In this document: piece by piece, positions 37,490 through 48,801 of the stretch
How the letters are laid out: the number at the start of each line of letters is the position of its first letter
How positions within the stretch are numbered: position 1 is the first letter of the stretch
Source of the DNA: a virus
Length of the DNA stretch: 64,000 bases
IMG/VR virus record: IMGVR_UViG_3300020020_000027
Span: 11,157 to 75,156 of that record
Direction: 5' to 3' (one strand)
Made by a program: the position numbers and the translations under genes
The notes under the pieces: model-generated
What the model was told of the DNA's origin: nothing
Seen by the model: the letters and a program-made list of their open reading frames with translations, nothing else
Database searches by the model: none

Positions 37490-38824
37490 TTATTTACTCG
37501 CCTGAGCGCCATCGCCCATACGGTAACGCTCGTACAGCGTTGGATCTGCCGATGCAACCTTCTCCACTGCCGTGAGGAAGTCAAGCTTCTCATCCAGCAT
37601 AAGCTTATTGGTCCGCTCGCTGAATTCCTGCGTGGCAGATTTCTCTCCCATGGAGTAGTTGTGTCGCACGGCTGCACCCGAGCGCTCGCCAAGCTCCACC
37701 ATGAAGTTGGTCGAAGTACGCACATTCTCCAGGAATGCAACGAACTTACCGGTAAGCTCCTCATTCATGCCAAGCATGATTTCCCGAGCAAGCTCCTTGG
37801 CTGATGGAGTCAAAGCCATCTTGTCGTTGTCAAACTCAGACAAGCGAGAATCAACCAGAGTTTCGCGCATTCTCTTATTGCCATCAGCAATAGCCTTCGC
37901 CTGAGTCTCAAAATGAACCAGCAAAGACTTGGCCACTGGGTTAGCCTCAGCGAGCTTGCGGAACTCCTCGATCTCCTCCAGCTTGGCCACTGGCGTCTTG
38001 TCTTCGATCACAGGTGGCTTGTTAAGCTCAGCGAGCTTGGTCGTCACCCCATCGATAATTGCCTGTAGATCCTTTTGATCCATATTCGTTCCCTCTTTGA
38101 GCGAAGTAACGTCTTTACCGGTGATACCTGACACCAAATCAAACGCGTTATCTATCACAGATTCAGACAAGTTGATCGGCACTAGGTTCTTCATGAACGG
38201 ACGGTTCGTCAAGGCTCCGCCGATGACGACATCATCAAACTCTTTACCCTGTGGGTCTTCCCACTTGTCGGCAAATTCGAGCGAGAAGTACTTGAACTTC
38301 TTCTCTCGAACCTTCTCAGCAATGTCCTTCACAAACTCAACAAAAAGCCAAAGTCCATCAGAACGAACCTGAGAATCCTTTACCCACGCAGCAGCGCCAT
38401 CGGCACTGTCGTTATCGTGATTAAGGTTGATACTTGGGTCGATTCCTCGAACCTTTTTCTTGACACTATCTGCAAGAGCATTAATCTTTTGCAGGCTAGC
38501 GTCAATCACACCAAATACTGGGTGCTTATACTGTCCGAATGGAAGAGCATGAATCCAGGTCGAATCACCTTCCAACTTAACGTCGGAAAGGCTTACGATA
38601 TATCTAAGATTCTCGCCCATTTTGCCTCCTTCCCTGGCATAAAGTGCTTGAACTTGTTCCAGTGCCTGAGCATGTGTTTCGTGACATCCGATTTTTGAAT
38701 TAGTACCTTTTTTGTAGACGCAGTGTCTACCTTCGTCCATCCTGACTTCCCAAGGCATGTTACCTCCGGATATTACCTTATCGACATGGACTTCGCCTGA
38801 GCCGGACGGACTATAAACTGACAT
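37490..38824 (-). CDS. Mu gpI-like prohead protease / scaffold with N-terminal extensions
   Basis: WIHALPFGQ, DPSINLNH, AAAWV, KFKYFSLEF and GGALTNRPF followed by a helical scaffold; several possible in-frame starts. Confidence 0.85.
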   Translation of the reverse strand: MSVYSPSGSGEVHVDKVISGGNMPWEVRMDEGRHCVYKKGTNSKIGCHETHAQALEQVQALYAREGGKMGENLRYIVSLSDVKLEGDSTWIHALPFGQYKHPVFGVIDASLQKINALADSVKKKVRGIDPSINLNHDNDSADGAAAWVKDSQVRSDGLWLFVEFVKDIAEKVREKKFKYFSLEFADKWEDPQGKEFDDVVIGGALTNRPFMKNLVPINLSESVIDNAFDLVSGITGKDVTSLKEGTNMDQKDLQAIIDGVTTKLAELNKPPVIEDKTPVAKLEEIEEFRKLAEANPVAKSLLVHFETQAKAIADGNKRMRETLVDSRLSEFDNDKMALTPSAKELAREIMLGMNEELTGKFVAFLENVRTSTNFMVELGERSGAAVRHNYSMGEKSATQEFSERTNKLMLDEKLDFLTAVEKVASADPTLYERYRMGDGAQASK

Positions 38825-38840
38825 CGCCTTGACACCTGTG

Positions 38841-39068
38841 TCACTCGTATGTTTTGGCACTTGCAAGGAAAACTGCCTGAGTCAATTTGTTTACAAGAAA
38901 CTCAGTATCTTCCTTCCTCTCGTCAGCACTTGGGTGCTCATCGTAAGATATTTGTAATGAATGAATTATGCCCCAGTCGTCCATCATCTTCGCTACTAAA
39001 ATCCACTTTCGACTAATTCTATCGAAGTAAAGCGAAACTTTATCCACCGGAGCGAGCCAGGCCAGCAT
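38841..39068 (-). CDS. Hypothetical protein
   Basis: Fills the gap between the Acb2-like gene and the protease. Confidence 0.45.
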   Translation of the reverse strand: MLAWLAPVDKVSLYFDRISRKWILVAKMMDDWGIIHSLQISYDEHPSADERKEDTEFLVNKLTQAVFLASAKTYE

Positions 39069-39255
39069 TTGACCAAAACATTACTTCTTCAAGATGTGTA
39101 ATCGCTAGGGACTTCTCTCTACCATCAGGAATTATCTCGTTAAGTTCCAAAGCCAACGTCAAACATTTCATTCGAACGCTAGTGTGATCATTTCGTTTTT
39201 CTTCAGTACTCGCTGGATGGAACATGAACCTGTTTTCCAGATCTACTATTTCCAT
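39040..39255 (-). CDS. Acb2/Tad1-like helical hairpin protein (putative cyclic-nucleotide sponge)
   Basis: ENRFMFHP...PDGREKSLAITHLEEVMFWSNAGLAR resembles the Acb2/Tad1 hairpin signature; GGAGG RBS. Confidence 0.65.
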   Translation of the reverse strand: MEIVDLENRFMFHPASTEEKRNDHTSVRMKCLTLALELNEIIPDGREKSLAITHLEEVMFWSNAGLARSGG

Positions 39256-39258
39256 AAA

Positions 39259-40758
39259 TTAGCCTCCGGATCGGTCCGTGCCTGCATTTTTGGCCGGAGT
39301 ATTGATATATGGCGAGCCTTTTTGCTTGGAACCAGATGACGTAGGAGGCTTTACGCTACTGGATGGTGAGGCCAAACCACCTTGTCCAGGCATAGGCATC
39401 TCGCGAGCCGTGGATTCGTCCAGTGGAGGCAAGCTCATCGAGGATCGAATAAGGTTTTCCAACGGCAAATCAGGTGTCAAAATGCGTGCCCCCACCAAGT
39501 TGCGCAGCGCGAAGGTCATGGTTCGAGTGTCTTCCCACTCGCCCATGCGTCGTACACAAAGTTTGGGGTACCCATTGAACCGCAAATAATTCTTGTCTAC
39601 CAGCGGCTTGATGACTTTGCGGTTGATCATCGCGGCTAAGGTATTGGCTACATACCTGGTAGACTTATAGAAAGTGTCTAGGCTCTCCGTGGAGACTTCA
39701 CCACTACCCATAAACGAAGCCAAGATTGACTCATATATTTTATGGTCATGATGCTCAATTGACGGAATCGGATCGACCGGCTGACCTTCGAGCTTAGCGA
39801 AGATAACTTCCCAGCTCCACGGGATAGTAATGTAAGCTTTCTCGTTCGTCCGCAGGTTACGACCTAGATCGTTCGCCAATTCCTTATCTTTAGGAGTGAA
39901 TCCCATGGGTAGTTTGATGACTGGCACACCAATTCCATGCCGTTCCTTCTGGATGGCATCGATTTTGTACATAGTGTCTTTGTAATACCAGTGCTTGAAG
40001 GCGGTTCGCAGCAATGATGTGCCACGTATATCGCCACCTTCCATCTCAAACACCTGGATCAGCAGATTAGACATAGGTATTTCTATCTTTTTGGTGAAAT
40101 CTAATCCATTGATTGGCTCCAAAGTAACCCCTATGATGCGATTAACTGCATCATAATTCCACCCTTGAATGTCAAGGGGATGAATCGGGGGTAGGTTTAC
40201 CTTAAGCTTCCCAGATTTCCGGTCGAGATACCAAGCAAGCTCAAAACAGAAAAAGCCATAGTCCAAGCTACGCAAACTGTCCTCAATGAAATGCTCCCAT
40301 AGCGTTTCCATGTCATCGAACAGTGTTTCCTGGACAAATTTGGCTATATTCTTGTCTATAGTAGCGTCACTGAACGGTTCCATATACCATTCGGCACCTT
40401 GAATAGGAGTTTTCACTATTCTAAGGGCGGATCTTACCGTGCCATCGCTACGGACCATATCATAAAATGTCCGCAAACCCCTTTTATCTCTCAGCTCTGG
40501 AACGTTTTCCAGACGTGTCCAGGCGGTAAAAGGTGATGGGTCGATGAACGACATTTCGGCGAAACCGGTAGTTTCAGTAAGCTCATTATGGTCAGTTCTT
40601 TCACTGACTATGATGTATGATCCCTCATGCGGGTCATAATTTGCGTGCACGATGTCGTAACGATGCAATACCTCAGTTAATTCAAGCTCTCGTTCAGCTT
40701 TAAATTCCTCTAGGATGGTCACTGCATCGTCTTGGTTGCCTATGTTGTCATCCGACAC
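39259..40758 (-). CDS. Portal protein (Mu gp29/DUF935-like)
   Basis: LDYGFFCFE, GTSLLRTAFKHWYYK...ERHGIGVPVIK; follows TerL. Confidence 0.88.
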   Translation of the reverse strand: MSDDNIGNQDDAVTILEEFKAERELELTEVLHRYDIVHANYDPHEGSYIIVSERTDHNELTETTGFAEMSFIDPSPFTAWTRLENVPELRDKRGLRTFYDMVRSDGTVRSALRIVKTPIQGAEWYMEPFSDATIDKNIAKFVQETLFDDMETLWEHFIEDSLRSLDYGFFCFELAWYLDRKSGKLKVNLPPIHPLDIQGWNYDAVNRIIGVTLEPINGLDFTKKIEIPMSNLLIQVFEMEGGDIRGTSLLRTAFKHWYYKDTMYKIDAIQKERHGIGVPVIKLPMGFTPKDKELANDLGRNLRTNEKAYITIPWSWEVIFAKLEGQPVDPIPSIEHHDHKIYESILASFMGSGEVSTESLDTFYKSTRYVANTLAAMINRKVIKPLVDKNYLRFNGYPKLCVRRMGEWEDTRTMTFALRNLVGARILTPDLPLENLIRSSMSLPPLDESTAREMPMPGQGGLASPSSSVKPPTSSGSKQKGSPYINTPAKNAGTDRSGG

Positions 40759-40827
40759 GCCAGCTCCGCTTCGTGCTTTTGGGTAATACTATGCGGTAGC
40801 TGTACATAGGATGTCAAGAGCCATATA

Positions 40828-42249
40828 CTAGAACGTTTGGCCATCCATCGTGACAAATCCGGCATTGGCCAAGGTAGGGTACTTTTCCCTTACTTCTTGA
40901 GTAAAAAATCCACTGTCGGACAGTCCTTGCTTAAGCTCGCTTTCGTCTATTACATCAGAAAGACGAACACGCATACCGAGCTTAAAAATGTGCATAATGC
41001 CATATCGTAGAGCATCCATAGCATGGTCGTCACACTTCTTGGCTTGTTCTCTTGGGTCTCGGTCTTTTCCTCCTTCAGCAGACTTATAATTGTTGAATTC
41101 CCGAATCGTGTTTTTGCAGGACGGATCGACATATAATCCAGGTACTCCACCGCCCCTATTTTTGAGGAACGTCTTGACCAAGTCGACACCTTCACGCCAA
41201 TTATCCTTACTTAGTGGGTCTCCTACACAGGGACCATACTTAATCGATATATCCTGAATCGCCTCAGGGTCAGCCGCGTCTCCAAAAATCAAGTCCAACT
41301 GGTAACCAGCGGGGTTCTCCCGCTCCCGCCAAATTTGCATGTGCTCATCGAGGGTCAATTGGGGCTGGTAATGCTCCCGCCAGACATGCACAGTGTCCTG
41401 TGGACTGACCTGAAACTCAATCGCGGCGCAAGGGTTCACAAAACCAAAGTCAATAGACATAAAATTAGGCCAATCTGGCCGGTATTCATGCCTGCGCACA
41501 TGGGTACGCTCCATGAACTCCTTATAAATTTTACCACTAAACGAGGTGAAGTCCGCAGCTATTTCCTGTTCAAACGCATCCTTCGACATATTGCGCTTGA
41601 GTCGCTTGATCTCAGGGTCATCATAACCCTCGGGGAATATTACACTGTTATCCCAACTAGGGTATTGCCAGCTTTCATATTCCGGCTCACGGTCATCCAA
41701 ACCGCGCTGCCACAGCTCATAAAAGAAATTCTGTCCCTCAGGCGTCGAAGTAAATATCGCTTTACCGCGCTTATCAGATAAAGCAGGCTCAATCATCCGG
41801 TCCCAGGTCTCGCGCTGGTGCTTGGCAGCTTCGCACATCACCACCAAATCGAGCCCGTCACCAACTAGTGTTTCCTTGCGCTCCGCGCTGTGCACCTCAA
41901 TCCTGGTGTCCCAAGGAAACTGGATGTACATGTCACCTTGCTTGGCATTATATGCCTTTCTGATCTCCGGGAACTTGATGAACTCCAGCTTCATCATAAT
42001 ATCGGCCCAAATAACCCTGAATTCCTTCTCTCCGAGCACGTACGTGGGGCCAACCAACCAAATTCTCTTATCAGGAACAAAAAGGAACGGTTCTATATCC
42101 TTAGCAGTCATAAAAGTTTTGCCAGCTCGACGTCCACAAGCGGCCACCTTAAACCGGGCATTACTTTTATGGAATTCTACCTGCTTGGGGTGCGGCTGGT
42201 AGCCAATCATCTTAAAAAATTTAGCCTTATCGACTACCTGCCGCTCCAT
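40828..42249 (-). CDS. terL: Terminase large subunit
   Basis: PHPKQ, CGRRAGKT, CEAA (Walker B variant), STPEG.N.FY, SIDFGF.NP and DDHAMDALRY. Confidence 0.93.
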   Translation of the reverse strand: MERQVVDKAKFFKMIGYQPHPKQVEFHKSNARFKVAACGRRAGKTFMTAKDIEPFLFVPDKRIWLVGPTYVLGEKEFRVIWADIMMKLEFIKFPEIRKAYNAKQGDMYIQFPWDTRIEVHSAERKETLVGDGLDLVVMCEAAKHQRETWDRMIEPALSDKRGKAIFTSTPEGQNFFYELWQRGLDDREPEYESWQYPSWDNSVIFPEGYDDPEIKRLKRNMSKDAFEQEIAADFTSFSGKIYKEFMERTHVRRHEYRPDWPNFMSIDFGFVNPCAAIEFQVSPQDTVHVWREHYQPQLTLDEHMQIWRERENPAGYQLDLIFGDAADPEAIQDISIKYGPCVGDPLSKDNWREGVDLVKTFLKNRGGGVPGLYVDPSCKNTIREFNNYKSAEGGKDRDPREQAKKCDDHAMDALRYGIMHIFKLGMRVRLSDVIDESELKQGLSDSGFFTQEVREKYPTLANAGFVTMDGQTF

Positions 42250-42384
42250 ATTATCTCATCTCCTTTGTTGTGGAGTTAAGCATTCACCGATAACTATATG
42301 TGTCCACCCTACTCCTTGCGCAAAAATTATTTTCTGGCCACAATTCGTACATTTTGCCGTTCCGGATTCCAAATAATTCATTGT

Positions 42385-43987
42385 TTATCTCATCTCCGTA
42401 ACCACTGCTATCTCACTAACGTCTATGTTGAATACCACATTTCCATACTGATCTCCAATTTGGACCAGGTTATGCAAGAACTTCGCTGGGTGCTTCTGCA
42501 CGTATCCAGTAAACTCTTTACCACTTTTAAGGGTAATCTTTATGCTGGTTCTAGCATTATAACAATCAGTCAGAATTAAATTCCACGTGGAGGGTTGGAC
42601 GCCATCCATATTAGTGCCTCTCGATACCACCAACTACCATCATTGCAACATAAAATTCCATCACTAGTATACAAAACGCACTTGTGCAGGCTGCCTTGAT
42701 CATCTAAATGATGAATGTTCCTAAGGCCACCAACTTTTCCAAATTGCCTGAGCAATTCTCCACTATGACCACATACTGGACATGGACCACCATACACTTC
42801 GGTGAATACCATGTCGAATGTAGAAGCCATATTATCTCCTAGGTTGCGCCCGCAAGCATTCCACATTTACTACAGTGTGCACCCAACCTAGGTCTACCAC
42901 TATGACTATTTGGGTTCCACAGTTCTTGCAAGTTACCACTATCAATTCCTCAATTTAGCCTGTCGGTCGGAGAAGCTTTGGCGCCACTTAGGGCTACTTC
43001 AATTGTGGCTCACGAGATGCCGCCAGCAGGGCAATAAAGAATTCGAGAGCCGGACTGGTGTCGGTCGCAAATTGCGTGGTGAGTTGGAGGTACAATCTAG
43101 CTGCTTCATCACGAGTTAAAACCATCTTCAGCTCTATTGGTCCATCTTGTTCTCTAAATGTACTAAACTCTGCCATAATTCTCTCTATCTTTGTCTAGTT
43201 GATCTTTAATACCCTGCAATGGAGTCGAGTCTGGGTGATCCCAAGGAAGACCGCCCCTAGACACAGAACTATATTCACAGCTCTTTAGCTGACAAGCATG
43301 AAGTCCTCCGGCTGACCAATAAAACATAGGAATATCTTTGTGTATGGGACATACACAGCTTTCATCGCATTGGTGTTGAATTTCGTTCTGCTCGTCTTTC
43401 ATGGTTTTCCCAATCCTTTGTGGCCAACGTCCCACTAATGATGCTACAGATCATCGCCGCTATAGGCCATTTAGTCACCAGAAATACTGCTACATAAGTT
43501 ATTATAAAGAAAAAATTAGTGTAACAAATTGCATAAATTAATTTAATTAGTGTTGCTCTGTTATGTGGTTTCATATTCCCCTCCGGCAGCGACGTTTCGC
43601 AAAATAAAGGATATAATATTTTCCCACGTAGGAACGAATTTTGTAATAGTCAGACTCTGCATAAATAGCATATTTATGCTTTCCTGTCTGATAGATGCGC
43701 CAGGTATATAAAGGGTGTTGAACCTGAAAAATTATTGGTGCTGGCTTGAATTTATTCATCATTCGCCGTCCAATGATTTTTCATTGTGTCACTCGCTTAA
43801 ATTGTCCTGGAGTCGGTGTCAAACACCAACAACAATAATCGTGTTCCGGTATGCTGCAATCAGCCGTAGGTTCATGTCCCCAAATCATACAAGTGGTCCA
43901 TTCTATTATTGTTCTGAACCAATCAGGCTTATACTCGGGCGGACCATCCCATAGCCAAAACATTATCTTTTTTCTCATTGTAACCAC
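42385..43987 (-). other. Cluster of small hypothetical - strand ORFs upstream of TerL
   Basis: Several 60-100 aa ORFs, some with RBSs, including a TM peptide (43362-43574); starts uncertain. Confidence 0.5.
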
Positions 43988-44757
43988 ACAGTCTTGGCAT
44001 GAGTAGTTTTTACTTTAGGATGTATAAATACCGGTATTCCAATAGTGGCGAGACGATAACAGAAGCTTAAATCTTCGCCGATAATGTGCCCCCGAGAATT
44101 GCGCTTGGCGGTCGGCATGTGCACTCGCTCGAACCAACGGCGCCCGTAGAAGTTTTGCACAGCCATCGCTGCGCCCCGTGAAATCAACAGAGCGGCGGTT
44201 CCAGTGCCCGCTACCTGTATGGGCTCGGACGCCTCAAGATCAACGTCCTGCTTCAAGGTAAACGATAAGATTTCTTTTTTCTCTTTTCCATCTTTAATTT
44301 CTCCTGATTTATTTTCTTCAGTTTCGTCTGCTTCAACGGTAAATATAGATAGGTCATAAGCAGTAATAAACTCTTCAGTCAAGTATCCGCCGAAGCCATC
44401 TTTATCGGTTTTGGTCATACCTTTACATAGTGCTCCGATTACGTCTTTGTTTGCTTGGAGAAGATTAGCTACGGTGTCTGGAGCAAAACCCATATCAGTG
44501 TCTATCCACCAGATATGAGTGGCATCAGTTTTATCCAAGAAGTATTCCATCAGCTCGTTCCGAGCTTCTGGAATACTTAAGGGAGATGATAGGGCAGATA
44601 TTGTATCCTTAGTGAAAAGGTCAGGGTCCGCTGTGTTCGATAGCTTTAATAGGCTGTGCAGGAAACTATGACTGACATTTTCACCATGTATATAAGCTAT
44701 TTGCACTTTAGGTTTGGGTGGGTTAGTAATTTCGGACATGACACGAGTGTAAACCAT
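43975..44757 (-). CDS. GT-A fold glycosyltransferase
   Basis: IPEARN, WWIDTDM (DxD), GTGTAALLISR, GEDLSFC and THAK. Confidence 0.8.
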   Translation of the reverse strand: MVYTRVMSEITNPPKPKVQIAYIHGENVSHSFLHSLLKLSNTADPDLFTKDTISALSSPLSIPEARNELMEYFLDKTDATHIWWIDTDMGFAPDTVANLLQANKDVIGALCKGMTKTDKDGFGGYLTEEFITAYDLSIFTVEADETEENKSGEIKDGKEKKEILSFTLKQDVDLEASEPIQVAGTGTAALLISRGAAMAVQNFYGRRWFERVHMPTAKRNSRGHIIGEDLSFCYRLATIGIPVFIHPKVKTTHAKTVWLQ

Positions 44758-45732
44758 CTACCAGATTTAAGCGAGCTCAATTATTGAGTAGATAATACTA
44801 TGTTTTTTATGTATTCTAGGTTGACTATGTTGATTCTCATAACGCTATATAGAAAATAAACTATGAATATTATGTATACCTAGATGACATAGTGTAATAC
44901 CACCACTCGATCTAACGACCTAGTATACTAAGATCAAAAACGATCAATGCAGTAAGAGAGACCGGCTCGCGCCCGATTTGCCCTTTTTGTACCTTTTAAT
45001 ATAGTTTCTTACACTTTGTTATACTTTGTTATACTTTGATACAGTATATACACAATTGACCGATATGATACGAAATGTCCGTTTATAAGATCATATAATA
45101 CGATATGACTTGATCGGTCTGGAATACTCTCTTCCGGCACACTATAATACGATATGTCCGTATTATACACATATAGGGGGGTGGGTATATATGGGGATAT
45201 GTCCGATATATGCGCATAATAGGTCAAGATCACCGCGGGGGTGATCAATGAATGCCCATATATGAGGATATGTCCGGATTTATACGATATATATCCATAT
45301 AGTGGTGTGACGAAGGTCACAGATCAACTTCCAGAATATGCCCATATGTCCGAATTATACCTATATACCCCCATATAGCAGGGTAAAAGGGCATGATCAA
45401 CTGCCCCACTGTAAAGGGATAAAATAGGACATTTCACACTATATAGGGACAAACCAGGGCATGGTATAGTGGACTTAGTCGAGGGAGCTCAAGATCAAGA
45501 GGCAAAACGGGCATACCGAGACAAAAGACGACAAGATACCACAAAGAGGGGAAACGGTACATGTCCGACAAGTACGGACATAGCCGGTGAAATCCTCCTA
45601 AATGGTCCTTTGAACATTAAATAGTGGATTTATCGGAATTAGGTGGATATTCCCTGGAATGAGGGGATAAGCCTGATGTATCCGGATATATCTCGACGTG
45701 TCCAGACAAAACCGGACATAAGGAGATATACC

Positions 45733-45987
45733 ATGGAAAAGCGCTACAAAGTCGGAAATGTCACCGATTTCGGGAAATTGCTAGCCGAAGCGGTCAAATA
45801 CGACAATTCGTCACGTATAGTGTCATTATACGAAATAGACGACAAAGACGAAATGTCCACTTATCTACTGATAATTTGGGAAATATCAGTAGATAAGACA
45901 GAATATGAACTAAGTCGGACAAAATACGAAATAGACGAAACAGCTATCTTTAGTTGGATAGAAGCTGCTTTTGGAGTTTCTGTCTAG
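45733..45987 (+). CDS. Small early hypothetical protein
   Basis: Strong AAGGAG RBS before ATG 45733. Confidence 0.6.
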   Translation: MEKRYKVGNVTDFGKLLAEAVKYDNSSRIVSLYEIDDKDEMSTYLLIIWEISVDKTEYELSRTKYEIDETAIFSWIEAAFGVSV

Positions 45988-46372
45988 ACAAAATACGACA
46001 TTCTAAGACATGTCGAGATATACCTGGATACATCAGGATGTTTTGTGAGAACTTACCTTAATTCCGAAATGGCACGATATTCCCGGTTATATCCTGACAT
46101 GTCCGAGCTAGCGCTAGACAAAAACGGACATATCACGATATAAGGAGTTAAAATGATACGTTCTATGACAGATCACGCTTTGTCCTGCGATGTTTGTTAT
46201 TCGTGGGTTACGTCCGGAGATTTCGGAAATAACCCGAAATGCCAGACAGGTACTGAAATAAGGCAGGAAATCATCAAAGATAACGAAATGGTCTGGGAAA
46301 GCACCATAAGCTAGGACAAAAAAGGTCAAAACAGGACATGTCAGGAAATAACTGGACAAAGGAGCTTATAGC

Positions 46373-46690
46373 ATGTCATTTCAAGAAATAAACGGACAAG
46401 TCGTAGAAGATGCACCATATCACGACATGTCAGATCATGCCTGCTCATTTCCGGAAGATCAGTCCAAATGCGACTTTATCGTACATGTCGGCGTATGTGT
46501 CTCATATACGGAAAATTACGAAACGCAGGAAATGGGCGACAAAGTGTACATGGTAGTAAATATGCCAGATTCCGCCAATATGGTGGAAATGCGGGAAATA
46601 ACCGACATGTCCGGACAATGGCCGACATGGAAGGCAAATCCAGACATGCCACTTATATCCGTCGAACCGTGGAAAATCGGACTTGTCTAG
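46373..46690 (+). CDS. Small early hypothetical protein
   Basis: AAGGAG RBS. Confidence 0.6.
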   Translation: MSFQEINGQVVEDAPYHDMSDHACSFPEDQSKCDFIVHVGVCVSYTENYETQEMGDKVYMVVNMPDSANMVEMREITDMSGQWPTWKANPDMPLISVEPWKIGLV

Positions 46691-48801
46691 ACATAGTCTG
46701 ACACGACGGATTTAACACCCCAAAGTAGTATAAAACGGACTAGTCTGACATAATAGGACATGTCAGGATATATCTGGGAATATCGATGCTGGGTATGACA
46801 TACTAGGACAAATCTGGACTTATCTGGACGAAAGCGGACATAGGAGTACTTATGTACGTAATTCGGACCAAACACGGCTGTTTCATAGCAAAATCGGACA
46901 TTTGGTGGCATGCCGTACGTATCTACTATTTCTGGACAGATCAGGACGTATCGTGCAATATGCACGTAAATGGAGTAATAGTGGACATGTAGTACTACCG
47001 AGCACCAAATCGGACATGTCCGGATAAGTCTGGTTTTGTCCTAGTATGTCGAGATATGTCGCATTCATGGTGCTTTGTCCTAATTTGACCCAGTACGTCT
47101 AGAAATACACCAAGATCACCCTATTTATATAGATGGATCGCGATTTGTCAGGAATTCCAGCACAAAATATGACAAATCGGACATGTGTGTACATATAGGG
47201 TGGGGGGTGTATATGGCGGATATAGGTGTACAAAAACGGACAAAGGAGTGCATAGTGTTCGAATACACCATAAGTGTGCTCAAAAGGAAGCAAATGGTAC
47301 TATGTGTCACATGTAGCCTATGTCGGGACATAGTAGTATCAAAGCCGACATACAGGGACATACCTATAGATGGCGGACATTTCAGTGCATCTATGGACTT
47401 ACATGTATGTACCGCTCAAAGGGGAAATGAGACGCACAACCACGCAATTCACCAGGCATGGCTCGATGAGAACAAATCGGTCATAGGGGTCAGATCATGA
47501 TAATTCTCCTTATACTGGTCGCATTGCTCACAAACGCCGACAAAACGGGCATCACAGTCGGACCGGACTATTGCCACATAGGTGTGCAGACTGAGCCAAA
47601 GGCCGCAGCCTACGCACTTTGCTACATACCGGACAAAGAGGGTGAAAGAGGTGAAATCGGATGATTGACCTTATAGCGGTCATTATGTCCTTAGTGGCCC
47701 TTGTCGGACCCTTCGGACTTATCGTCGCGAGTCTACTCAAATCATGACAAACACCGACGAGTCGCACGATATCGGTATGTTCTGGGCCAATCTGTACGAT
47801 TCTAGCTGGATTGCGCGTGATCTGTCCCAAACCATGACAAGCATGGACGGAGCGGACAGACTCCACCAAATCGGACAACTCGGGATCACTGCGACAATAG
47901 TGATCTTTGGGTTATTGGTGGTATACCTCACAGACTTGTACCAAGAGGTCAAATCGGACGTAAGGGAGTAAGCGAATGTTCTTCGCCATCATGGTCATTG
48001 CGGGCATAGTGTCCATTTTCGCCGCAGACCGGTACTTTAACGACAAAGAGCGCTGAGTAGTACAAACCGGACGAACTAGTACAAACCGGACACATCAGTC
48101 ATAAGGGTTAAACTAGGACAAAGCATCACGATTGCGGCATATCTCCCGATATAGGATCAATACTCGTCATGTCCGACTTACTACCCCAATCCGGAGCAAA
48201 TCGGACATCTGGAGTCAAACATGGGCAAGCACGAAGCAAAGGGACACGCCTCCCGCACCGGACCAATCGGACAGCTCACCCTAAAGACGGCAAAGCACGT
48301 AGTTCACCCCATAGTGCACGTTGTGGCCATTATAGGACTCCACACCGCAGCCCTAACAATCATGACCAAAACGCCCATACTGCACTTGATCGGGCTTACG
48401 CACTGATTCCAGCACAGAGTAGCACATATAGTACAAAACGGACATAGCACCCTATATGCGCGTATATCAGTATATTTCCATACTTGAGTGTGTGTGTATC
48501 AGTATATTTCCATACTTGAGTGTACAACACAGACTTGATCCACCATATCCGCACAAAACGGACATGGCGGGCATTGATCCTATATCGGACATATACCGAC
48601 AAGTGGCTCATACGTGCCATGTCCGCGCTTCGTTCAAACGGGTCTATCGCGACGTTTCGGACATATCGCGAGATTTCGGACACATCACCCAATTCGCCGG
48701 TATCTACCAATATCACTACAACAGTTATATATCGGTCGGTGACGCTCAAAGGTACCTAAAACAGTACAGTTAGGACAAAACGGACAGTTAGGACAAATGG
48801 C

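Noticed and set aside
47012-47021. GGACATGTCC matches the eukaryotic p53 half-site consensus
   Set aside because: Coincidental in a bacteriophage; relevant only as a palindromic decamer.
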